Shown piece by piece: positions 1-8,158 of a stretch of DNA of 64,000 nt (the stretch's first letter is position 1; every line of letters starts with the position of its first letter). This stretch comes from a virus (Duplodnaviria; Heunggongvirae; Uroviricota; Caudoviricetes). The translations under genes were made by a program, and so were the position numbers. The stretch spans positions 1-64,000 of IMG/VR virus record IMGVR_UViG_3300010213_000001. One strand, 5' to 3'. The notes beneath the pieces were generated by a model. It worked only from the letters and a program-made list of their open reading frames with translations, was not told where the DNA came from and did no database searches.

Positions 1-57
1 TTCGAACCTGCAGTCTTCTGTATATAACAGACGCTCTTACCATTGAGCTATCAGAGT
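1..57 (-). tRNA. tRNA gene or tRNA-like element with atypical anticodon arm, 3' end cut by the window edge
   Basis: Reverse complement reads ACTCTGA-TA-GCTC-AATGGTAA-GAGC-G-TCTG-TTATATA-CAGA-AGACT-GCAGG-TTCGAA: canonical D arm and TTCGAA T loop, but only a 4-bp anticodon stem; anticodon ambiguous (ATA or TAT). Confidence 0.75.
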
Positions 58-549
58 AGGTGTGAGATATGTATATTATATCTCACTAAAATGTTTTTGA
101 TGGCATTTGGAATCCATCAGAAATACAGTTGTTTGGAATGAAGATATACATCTACAACTGTATAGTCACTATACTCTATCTAAAAAATTGACTAAGTCAA
201 GATAGGTTTTATAGTTATAGGAGATATAACTAAAGGGGTAGATTTAACTCCCTGAAAATATTTATTTATTGTTTTATTGGCTATATCTCACAACTGTCTC
301 AATATCTTACAACCTTTTTCAAGGCTGTTAATAAGGACAGTAGTAAGACTACCGATACGTCGCAATCCTTATTGTAATGGAAAATGGGTTTTAATCCTGT
401 GCCATTAGCTGTTAATCAGGGATAGATTTTAAATTGATTTGAGAGCCTCAACGAAACTCTCAAGTTTGTTATATCTCTCTTTCACTACCTTTTGAGCTTG
501 GTAGAGAAGAGCTTTCTTTAAAGGACTTACACCTTACGGATGCCTTTTA

Positions 550-741
550 TTATTTTTTAACTTTAACCATTGCTGCCATTACAGTAGCAGCTTGGTTATC
601 GGACATACGTCCGTATGTTAAAAAATATTTTAAGTTTCTTCTAGCCTCTAAGGCTAGATTAAATAGAGACTCATCTCTATTAAATAATCCTTTTTCTACT
701 GCAGCTTCTAATTGCTGCAATCTTTTTTTGTTTGTATTCAT
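550..741 (-). CDS. Small basic hypothetical protein (63 aa from ATG 741), copy 1
   Basis: ORF track 550-765; ATG of MNTNKKRLQQ at 741 is the more plausible start; lies between two CRISPR repeats. Confidence 0.6.
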   Translation of the reverse strand: MNTNKKRLQQLEAAVEKGLFNRDESLFNLALEARRNLKYFLTYGRMSDNQAATVMAAMVKVKK

Positions 742-818
742 TATACAGATTCCTTCCCCAATCACTTGGTTCAGAGGACACTCCTTAATGCCCTATTTTC
801 TCCTTACTCAAGGGAGAA

Positions 819-883
819 TAATAAAAAGAAAACCACTAGTTGAGTACCACACAGGAGCTACCTGTATTGTGGACTAATGGTTT
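819..883 (-). terminator. Long hairpin with U tract downstream of the mini-array (copy at 1492-1556)
   Basis: AAACCACTAGT (830-840) pairs with ACTAATGGTTT (873-883), with an inner CCACACAGG/CCTGTATTGTGG stem; the A run at 819-829 gives a U tract on the minus strand. Confidence 0.55.
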
Positions 884-958
884 ATTGTGAAATCAAATTC
901 ATAAGTTTAATTCCTTTAAGACCTTGTTAGGCAATCTTTCTTGTAGATTAAGATTGTA

Positions 959-1068
959 GTCGCAATCCTTATTGTAATGGAAAATGGGTTTTAATGGCTG
1001 TTAATAAGGACAGTAGTAAGACTACCGATACGTCGCAATCCTTATTGTAATGGAAAATGGGTTTTAAT
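959..1068 (-). CRISPR. CRISPR mini-array repeat-spacer-repeat (37-nt repeats, 36-nt spacer); further repeat copies at 359-395 and 1632-1668
   Basis: Identical GTCGCAATCCTTATTGTAATGGAAAATGGGTTTTAAT at 359, 959, 1032 and 1632. The reverse strand ATTAAAACCCATTTTCCATTACAATAAGGATTGCGAC resembles class 1 (I-B/III) repeats ending AAGGATTGAAAC/GAGAC, giving an 8-nt handle ATTGCGAC. Spacer at 996-1031. No cas genes seen in the window. Confidence 0.8.
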
Positions 1069-1222
1069 CCTGTGCCATTAGCTGTTAATCAGGGATAGAT
1101 TTTAAATTGATTTGAGAGCCTCAACGAAACTCTCAAGTTTGTTATATCTCTCTTTCACTACCTTTTGAGCTTGGTAGAGAAGAGCTTTCTTTAAAGGACT
1201 TACACCTTACGGATGCCTTTTA

Positions 1223-1414
1223 TTATTTTTTAACTTTAACCATTGCTGCCATTACAGTAGCAGCTTGGTTATCGGACATACGTCCGTATGTTAAAAAATA
1301 TTTTAAGTTTCTTCTAGCCTCTAAGGCTAGATTAAATAGAGACTCATCTCTATTAAATAATCCTTTTTCTACTGCAGCTTCTAATTGCTGCAATCTTTTT
1401 TTGTTTGTATTCAT
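1223..1414 (-). CDS. Small basic hypothetical protein, identical copy 2
   Basis: Duplicate of 550-741 at offset 673. Confidence 0.55.
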   Translation of the reverse strand: MNTNKKRLQQLEAAVEKGLFNRDESLFNLALEARRNLKYFLTYGRMSDNQAATVMAAMVKVKK

Positions 1415-1695
1415 TATACAGATTCCTTCCCCAATCACTTGGTTCAGAGGACACTCCTTAATGCCCTATTTTCTCCTTACTCAAGGGAGAATAATAAAAA
1501 GAAAACCACTAGTTGAGTACCACACAGGAGCTACCTGTATTGTGGACTAATGGTTTATTGTGAAATCAAATTCATAAGTTTAATTCCTTTAAGACCTTGT
1601 TAGGCAATCTTTCTTGTAGATTAAGATTGTAGTCGCAATCCTTATTGTAATGGAAAATGGGTTTTAATGGCTGTTAATAAGGACAGTAGTAAGAC

Positions 1696-1786
1696 TACCG
1701 ATACAAGTAGCAAGCTCTACCGATAAGCGTAACTGCATTACCGAAGTAATACAAGTGCTACCGATGACGCAGCTAAAAAGTACCGA
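1696..1786. repeat. Five TACCGA motifs at about 21-bp spacing (iteron-like)
   Basis: TACCGA at 1696, 1718, 1739, 1759 and 1781 (spacings 22, 21, 20, 22) in non-coding DNA. Confidence 0.75.
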
Positions 1787-1796
1787 AGCAGCCACT

Positions 1797-1830
1797 AAAA
1801 CAAAAGGTACGAGAGGTTAATCCCGTACCT
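1797..1830 (-). terminator. Rho-independent terminator of the 1860-2420 gene
   Basis: Minus strand AGGTACGGGA-TTAACC-TCTCGTACCT-TTTGTTTT. Confidence 0.75.
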
Positions 1831-1859
1831 AAGTTAATAACTTATGAACAACCCGAAGC

Positions 1860-2420
1860 CTAAGCTCCGAATTGTCCGATTACAGGTCGACCACCGAGGA
1901 ACTCGACTACTGCCTCAAAGACAGCATAGTCGGGCTGCTTATGACGACCCAATTCAGGTTGGACGATGTTGCCCAACTTTATGATAGAAGTAGCATCAGA
2001 GATGCTCAACCACGTACGTGCGATGGTGTTGTTGATAATGGCTGCACCTAAGGCAGTCGCATTACCTTTGTTGTAAATGGTATGAACCTTACCGTCGTCT
2101 GCAACTTTGGCAGCAACTTGCACACGGTGTGAGCCGTCAGGAAGATTTGAAGCAAAAGGCTCCTTCTCTGTGCCCGGCTTTTGAACCGAATACATTTCAG
2201 CACCTTTGTCTAACGCCTCCTTAACTGCAGACGCAACGCCTGTGTTTGGACCTCCCGTAGGGTCGTTAGACGTGTTATCAAGCTCGGCGTACAAGACGCC
2301 TTCTTTGATTAGGTCCTTGTTTTGGTCAAGGATTTCTGCCTTGCTTGTGCCCGGCAGATTGTTTTCTCTAGCGAAGTTCTTAAGTTCAGTCGCAGATGCA
2401 TCGATTTTGATCGATTTCAT
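1860..2420 (-). CDS. Hypothetical protein (186 aa, MKSIKIDAS...), GC-rich gene
   Basis: ORF track 1860-2528; the upstream extension runs through A/T tracts, so ATG 2420 is preferred; followed by a terminator. Confidence 0.75.
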   Translation of the reverse strand: MKSIKIDASATELKNFARENNLPGTSKAEILDQNKDLIKEGVLYAELDNTSNDPTGGPNTGVASAVKEALDKGAEMYSVQKPGTEKEPFASNLPDGSHRVQVAAKVADDGKVHTIYNKGNATALGAAIINNTIARTWLSISDATSIIKLGNIVQPELGRHKQPDYAVFEAVVEFLGGRPVIGQFGA

Positions 2421-2629
2421 AATGTAAGTGTTGGAATTGACCCTCCTCCCGGGGTTAGAAAATAAAAAAAAAATTGTTATAAATTGTGGAAAAAACGGAC
2501 AAAATGTTATTGTGGTTTTCCCAGCCAAACCATAGAGGGGTTTTTGTTATAATGCACATCACTCACATATAAACTTTAAAAAAAATTTTAAAAAAAATTT
2601 AAATTATAACGTAGCTGGATTATATTTCG

Positions 2630-2637
2630 TATCTTTG
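2630..2637 (+). promoter_or_regulatory. Bacteroidota-type sigma70 -7 promoter element (TAnnTTTG)
   Basis: CGTATCTTTGTG about 30 nt upstream of the first plus-strand ORF, at the strand switch. Confidence 0.6.
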
Positions 2638-2667
2638 TGCTAAACAAATTAATTTAATTATAACAAT

Positions 2668-2982
2668 ATGACACATTCGTCAGGACGAGAAGTTAATAAT
2701 GACTTTACAACTAACGTACAGCTAACTAGAGAAAGAGAGTTAGCTGCAATGATACAAACTAGAGAAGAAACTATTAAGAGTCTTCAAAAGCAATTAGAGG
2801 AAGCAGAAAACAAACTTAAGATTGCACAAGATGCATTAGTTTTAGCTAAGAGAACTAAATCAATTAGCTATATAGATATAAACTTACTACCTAGTGAGTA
2901 TTATGGAGAAACTATAAAGGATAAAATAAAAAAGTGTAAACTAGACACATCTAAGGGATTACCTATATTTTATATTAGATAA
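2668..2982 (+). CDS. Hypothetical coiled-coil protein
   Basis: 104-aa ORF, heptad-like TIKSLQKQLEEAENKLKIAQDAL. Confidence 0.7.
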   Translation: MTHSSGREVNNDFTTNVQLTRERELAAMIQTREETIKSLQKQLEEAENKLKIAQDALVLAKRTKSISYIDINLLPSEYYGETIKDKIKKCKLDTSKGLPIFYIR

Positions 2983-3005
2983 AATTAATTAACGAAAATA
3001 CAAAA

Positions 3006-3599
3006 ATGAAAAAGAAAATATCTGATAGTTTAGCTAAAGAACTGGAGGCTCGTGAGAGATTAGGCAAATTAATTGATAACCCTTATATAACTGGGTTTGT
3101 TCCTAAAGACTTGGATAGTGAAATTAAAGTAAATACAATGAATAATAAAACAAAGAAATTAGATAAGACAGTTTTAACTGGCAAAAAAGCGATAGAACTT
3201 AATACACCAGATAAGATATTTGATTACTTAGAATCTAAATATGTTCCAGAAGTATTTGGAGATAAAGTATTGTTATATATCTTCCCAGAAGATTTAACTG
3301 AAGATGTAGCATTAACTGAGAAAGGTTTAATGATTCATCATGATGATACTAAACAGATTAAGTTTAGAAGAATGGGAGATAAGGAGCAAACTGAAGAGAG
3401 ATTAACTCAACTAGGATTAGTAATTGGAGCAGGCAGTGGATTAGTTACTGATACAGGATCAGTAGTTACTATGCATGTTAAAAAAGGAGATTTAGTTTAT
3501 GTTGGGTATCATGCAGGAGGAGAAATAATGTATGATGGAGTAGGGTATAAGATATTAAGAGAGTACGATATTATATGTAAGCTACCAAAAAAGTTATAA
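3006..3599 (+). CDS. groES: Co-chaperonin GroES/Cpn10-like protein with N-terminal extension
   Basis: EVFGDKVLL...TEKGLMI...GLVIGAGSG...VKKGDLVYVGYHAGGEIMYDGVGYKILREYDII matches the Cpn10 pattern. Confidence 0.85.
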   Translation: MKKKISDSLAKELEARERLGKLIDNPYITGFVPKDLDSEIKVNTMNNKTKKLDKTVLTGKKAIELNTPDKIFDYLESKYVPEVFGDKVLLYIFPEDLTEDVALTEKGLMIHHDDTKQIKFRRMGDKEQTEERLTQLGLVIGAGSGLVTDTGSVVTMHVKKGDLVYVGYHAGGEIMYDGVGYKILREYDIICKLPKKL

Positions 3600-3609
3600 T
3601 TTAATAAAT

Positions 3610-4458
3610 ATGATTATTGATAAAGTATCTGTTGACGGTTTAATAGGATTTAATGATGAATTTCATAAGTACTTCTTTATTGAAGAATCTAAAAGAAACT
3701 TACAATTTAAATCAGCTACACAAATTGCTAAAGGATTCCAACCAGAATTTCCCTTAGAAGAAAGATCTCTAAAGACTGCCCAAGATATGGGTATAACACA
3801 ACAACAAGTTAAAGATAAATGGAAGCAAGCAGGAATAGAAGCATCTATTGATGGTACATATATACATTCTATATTAGAGCATTTAGCATTAAATGGTATG
3901 CCTGTAACTTTAACTAGGTGGCATCCTAAGTTAACCGGAGCGTTCCAATTCTATGAAGACTATATTATAAGTACTAAGTATAATAAACCTGTATATAAGG
4001 TAGTGAATTGTGAACAGATACTTTATTATTTAGATGATACTAGAGATGCATACTTTGCTGGTCAGAGAGATATAATGCTGGAAGAGATAAGTACTGGTAG
4101 ACTGTTAAGTATAGACTATAAGAGTAGTAAATCTATAAAATATGAATCTTATTATAATAATGGGTCCAAGGAATACTTGAAGGGCTCATTTTCTTTTTTA
4201 GAGAATTGCAACTATAATACTTTTACTATACAATTGAACTTATATAAATTGTTTGATACAACTTATAATGACTATGCTAGAAAGAAAGCAGAGCAAGGAT
4301 TATATGACATGTATATATGTCATATTACTGAAACAGGATATAGTATGATTAAAGTTGATGACTTAGATATTGAATATAGTAAGGAAACTGGAGAATTCAT
4401 ATCTAATAAGCAAAAATTAAAAGTAGCTGCAAATTTAAGTAGATTTTTACTAGATTAA
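3610..4458 (+). CDS. PD-(D/E)XK (Cas4/RecB-like) exonuclease
   Basis: GTYIHSILE, FAGQRD, IDYKSS and QLNLY motifs; usual position upstream of the terminase in crAss-like phages. Confidence 0.85.
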   Translation: MIIDKVSVDGLIGFNDEFHKYFFIEESKRNLQFKSATQIAKGFQPEFPLEERSLKTAQDMGITQQQVKDKWKQAGIEASIDGTYIHSILEHLALNGMPVTLTRWHPKLTGAFQFYEDYIISTKYNKPVYKVVNCEQILYYLDDTRDAYFAGQRDIMLEEISTGRLLSIDYKSSKSIKYESYYNNGSKEYLKGSFSFLENCNYNTFTIQLNLYKLFDTTYNDYARKKAEQGLYDMYICHITETGYSMIKVDDLDIEYSKETGEFISNKQKLKVAANLSRFLLD

Positions 4459-4470
4459 TAAAACAAACAA

Positions 4471-5082
4471 ATGGAAACAATTAAGAATTTATATATTGGA
4501 ATAGAAAGATTAAATCTACCAATAGAGCCAGACATGGATGTCATACAAATTAAATACCCTGAATATTTAATATATGTCAATTATCATAACTTATCATTAT
4601 ATTCATCAAGTTATGAAATACTAAATGAGGATTATCCTGGATATTTAAAACAACCTTACATAGTACAATCTCCAATATGTTTAACAGTAGCTTCTATAAA
4701 GCTAGAATACAATAAATGTAGTTTTGAAATTCCTGTTGTAATTGAAGCTCATGAAAATGCTAAAATGTTTTATCTAAAACTTTATATGGATGCAGATACA
4801 CAACAACATTTTTATAGATATATTTATTTTGCAAATAATCCAACAGATAGTAAAATAAAGCATACATTATCAGAAGAGGAATATAATGAGGCAGCTAAGA
4901 GGATAGTGCTACCTGAGGTACTAGTAAGTACATTTTCAAGATTGAAATATTTGCCTGAGCATAATCCAATGACTACATCTATGACTGATATACCAACATT
5001 AATAAAATATTCTAATCTTCTTATAGATGACCTAATAGAATGTAAAGCTATAAGAGATAATAGCAAGTATAATACAATATAA
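4471..5082 (+). CDS. Hypothetical protein
   Basis: 203-aa ORF in a tightly packed operon. Confidence 0.75.
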   Translation: METIKNLYIGIERLNLPIEPDMDVIQIKYPEYLIYVNYHNLSLYSSSYEILNEDYPGYLKQPYIVQSPICLTVASIKLEYNKCSFEIPVVIEAHENAKMFYLKLYMDADTQQHFYRYIYFANNPTDSKIKHTLSEEEYNEAAKRIVLPEVLVSTFSRLKYLPEHNPMTTSMTDIPTLIKYSNLLIDDLIECKAIRDNSKYNTI

Positions 5083-5086
5083 ACAA

Positions 5087-5683
5087 ATGGCTTATTTACC
5101 AATATTAAGATTTGAGGACGGTAAAGTTCTTAAAAATAATGAATGTATCAATGTGTTAAGATGGTACTCCAACTTGGAGGCATTTGCTGAAGATGAAGAT
5201 GAGTTAATGGAATATCTTAAGTATATTTATTTAGTAGCAGATTATGCTAGTCCATATATAGAATTTACAGATATTAAAGATAGATGTACTCAAGCGTTAG
5301 GAAATGTGAATCTATCTAAAGAGCAAATTAACAGTGAGCAAGTACTATATGCTCTTGATGAATATGATTCTATTATGAGAGCAGATACTCAAATGGGATT
5401 TATAGATGATTTATATACAGCTATTAATTCAACTAGAGAATATCTTAGAACTGTAGACTATACTAAATTAGTAGAGTCAGGAAACAGAAGAGGCACGCCA
5501 TTATATAACCCTAAAGATGTGATAACTATGGCTAAAGATGCTGAAAAAGTAATTAACAGTTTAGAATCTTTAAAGAAGAAAATAGTTCTTAACATAAGGA
5601 CTAAACAAGAAGATGATAAGAAAGCTCAGAAGAGTAGAGGAGACAGACAAAGAGGATTTATGTCTATAAACTTAAATTCTTAA
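5087..5683 (+). CDS. Helical protein upstream of TerL (candidate small terminase subunit)
   Basis: YIYLVADYASPY motif, coiled C-terminus ending ...SRGD; function inferred from position only. Confidence 0.55.
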   Translation: MAYLPILRFEDGKVLKNNECINVLRWYSNLEAFAEDEDELMEYLKYIYLVADYASPYIEFTDIKDRCTQALGNVNLSKEQINSEQVLYALDEYDSIMRADTQMGFIDDLYTAINSTREYLRTVDYTKLVESGNRRGTPLYNPKDVITMAKDAEKVINSLESLKKKIVLNIRTKQEDDKKAQKSRGDRQRGFMSINLNS

Positions 5684-5708
5684 ATATAAAAATATTAATA
5701 ATTGATAT

Positions 5709-8147
5709 ATGAGTTATATAGTTGGGGAAATGGATAATGAAATTGAATCGTTTCCAAATATTACAGATCCAATAGAAGATAAGATACTTAACAAATATCC
5801 CATTAAAATACATAGGTATTTATCTAATGAGGTATTAAGTTTAGATAGTGTGCACCACAATGATGTACTTATGTCTAACACTGAAGCAAAGAGAAAAGGA
5901 TTGCCTTATTATGAGCCTTATGATTATAAAGGTAGAACTTTATATAAACTAAGAAATACAGAAATGTTTAGTATAATGTCTAAACAAAAGACAATAAAAG
6001 GTAAGTACAATCCATTTCCAATAGATACCAGAGAACATAGACAATTAACACTTAGGGAAATATATAGATGTTTATATGGCTATAAGTGTGGAGCAATAGA
6101 AATTACAGGATATAATTATTTTTATTTAAATTATAGTCTTGTAGATTTAACAGAAGAGATAAATGGAGTACCAGTAACTAGTTCAAAGCAACCTCTTTTT
6201 TGGAAGATTCACTTTGATTGGTTTTGGGCAGTTGATATAGCAGAGAAAGGTATAACTGAAGAAAAATACAATAGCTTACCTCTAGACATTAGAATATCTA
6301 AAAGATGTTTATCTGGCAAGAGACATATTGTTTGTGCTAAGACTAGACGTTCAGGATGGTCATTTTTAACTCAAGCTATGACAATGAGAGATGTAGCCAT
6401 TACAGATCCAAGATATATGAACTTTAAATTAGATTACATAATTGCATCTAAAGAGGATTATGTAAGTGATTTGTTTGACAAGATATTAACTACTAAATCT
6501 TATTTAGATAGAGAAACTGATTTTATGTTCAAACATTTCTATGATAGATATGATACTAAAACAAGAATTAGAGCTTCTGAAAAGGATGTAGAAGGAGTTG
6601 AGATTAGAACAGGTGGTGAAGCTATTGGAGTTGTCATAAATAAAGATGCTAAGAAAGTAAGGGGTAAAGGTGTGTATAAAGTATTTGCTGAAGAGTTTGG
6701 AGTATTTCCAGCTGGTACAAAAGCAATGGCATCAATCTTACCTTTAGTACAACCTGGTGGTATTGTGACAGGAATGTTTATTGGGTTTGGTACAGGTGGT
6801 GAGGAAACAAGTGATATATCTGCAATTAAAGACTGTTTTAATGAGCCTGATACTTTCAATATGATGGAGTTCGATAATAGTATTTTTGAAGAAGCTGCTA
6901 CAAATACAGGATTCTTTGTACCTTCAATGTATACTAATAGAAGATTCTTAGATAAAGATGGTAATGCTGATTTACTAGCTGCTCTAGAATATCAATTACA
7001 AGAGAGAAAAAAGAAAGAAGTCTTAGATGCAGAATCTATAGTTAAATTTAAAGCAGAGGAACCTATTTGTCCGTCTGATATATTTAACTTTGGATCAGCT
7101 GATAATCCATTTAATATAGATAAGTTAGTAGAAGCCAGAGAAGTTATAGAATCTGAATTTATAGAATCTAGAAGAGAGATTTTAAGGGGTGATACACAAA
7201 TTGCTCAGGCTCCATACCATAAATATAGATTAGATTATGTATCTAATAGTAGTGGACAGGTAGTAGCAGTTACAGCTGTAAGAGATAATAACGGTTATGT
7301 TTATATGAAAGAGAATGCTCCCGATACTTTAGATGAAATGGTTCCAAACGGATTATATATAGGAGCAATAGATAGCATTGACCAAGGAGCAGAAGAAAGC
7401 GCAGTCGGTATTAAAGGATCAAAATTAGCTATGGTGATTAAGAAAAGATCCGCACCATTTATAGAAAAAAATGGTAATTCATATGTTGCATTCTTATCTA
7501 TAAGGTCTGCTAAAGTAGAAGAAGCTTATGAAGAGGCACTAAAGTTAGCAATTTTATTTAATGCTTCTATTAACCTTGAGAGGTCTAAAATTAGAATTAT
7601 AAATCATTTCCAAAAGAGTTCATTCTTTGGAGATCAGTCATACAGATTTTGTGATGAATTAATGGCGCTCAATGATAGTGCTAATAGATTTGCCAAAACG
7701 AAGAAAATGTTTGGTACTGCACCAACTACAAAGAATAATCAATTAATGGATTCATATTTAGCAACATACATCAATAATTTTGCATTGCAAATGACATTCC
7801 TACCTTTGATTGAAGAGTGCTTATACTACACTGTTAAACAAAGAACTAAGTTTGATAATGTTGTAGCACTAGGTTTATGTGAACTGTATGATGAATCTCT
7901 TATTTTAGCAGGTAAAGCTCCTACAAACCCAGATAAAGAGTTTAAGTTACTTCCTCGATACGTCTATAAGACTGTAAATGGTAAAAGAGTTAAAGTACTA
8001 GACAATGCTGGTGCTAATGAAATGAGAATACATAGTCAACGTAAGTTCACACACACTGAAAGAGGAGCAAATGGTGGATTAATTATGAAATATGGGTATG
8101 TAATAGAAGACGTTGATGGAGCAGATAATGATCTGCAAGACAATTAA
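5709..8147 (+). CDS. terL: Terminase large subunit (crAss-like)
   Basis: ITGYNYFYLNY, Walker A-like AKTRRSGWS, RGK..FAEEFG Walker B, FGTGG motif, RNase H-like IDSIDQG and FDNVVALG. Confidence 0.93.
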   Translation: MSYIVGEMDNEIESFPNITDPIEDKILNKYPIKIHRYLSNEVLSLDSVHHNDVLMSNTEAKRKGLPYYEPYDYKGRTLYKLRNTEMFSIMSKQKTIKGKYNPFPIDTREHRQLTLREIYRCLYGYKCGAIEITGYNYFYLNYSLVDLTEEINGVPVTSSKQPLFWKIHFDWFWAVDIAEKGITEEKYNSLPLDIRISKRCLSGKRHIVCAKTRRSGWSFLTQAMTMRDVAITDPRYMNFKLDYIIASKEDYVSDLFDKILTTKSYLDRETDFMFKHFYDRYDTKTRIRASEKDVEGVEIRTGGEAIGVVINKDAKKVRGKGVYKVFAEEFGVFPAGTKAMASILPLVQPGGIVTGMFIGFGTGGEETSDISAIKDCFNEPDTFNMMEFDNSIFEEAATNTGFFVPSMYTNRRFLDKDGNADLLAALEYQLQERKKKEVLDAESIVKFKAEEPICPSDIFNFGSADNPFNIDKLVEAREVIESEFIESRREILRGDTQIAQAPYHKYRLDYVSNSSGQVVAVTAVRDNNGYVYMKENAPDTLDEMVPNGLYIGAIDSIDQGAEESAVGIKGSKLAMVIKKRSAPFIEKNGNSYVAFLSIRSAKVEEAYEEALKLAILFNASINLERSKIRIINHFQKSSFFGDQSYRFCDELMALNDSANRFAKTKKMFGTAPTTKNNQLMDSYLATYINNFALQMTFLPLIEECLYYTVKQRTKFDNVVALGLCELYDESLILAGKAPTNPDKEFKLLPRYVYKTVNGKRVKVLDNAGANEMRIHSQRKFTHTERGANGGLIMKYGYVIEDVDGADNDLQDN

Positions 8148-8158
8148 ATAACAAAGAT

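Larger units (their letters stand above)
323..1704. repeat. Apparently perfect tandem duplication, 673-bp unit (323-995, 996-1668) plus a 36-bp third start (1669-1704)
   Basis: Sequence recurs at offset 673; ORFs 550-765 and 1223-1438 encode identical proteins. Confidence 0.97.

Noticed and set aside
432-470. Degenerate CRISPR repeat one spacer-length after 395 that would extend the array
   Set aside because: The sequence there is a TTGAGAG/CTCTCAA hairpin with no similarity to the 37-nt repeat.
3610-4458. Cas4 functioning with the mini-array as a phage CRISPR-Cas system
   Set aside because: It lacks the four-Cys Fe-S pattern of Cas4, such nucleases are routine beside crAss-like terminases, and no cas1, cas6 or effector genes are visible.
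5709-8147. Intein or group I intron in the terminase (also checked in portal and MCP)
   Set aside because: The ORFs are continuous, of ordinary length, and show no intein splice-junction motifs or embedded endonuclease.
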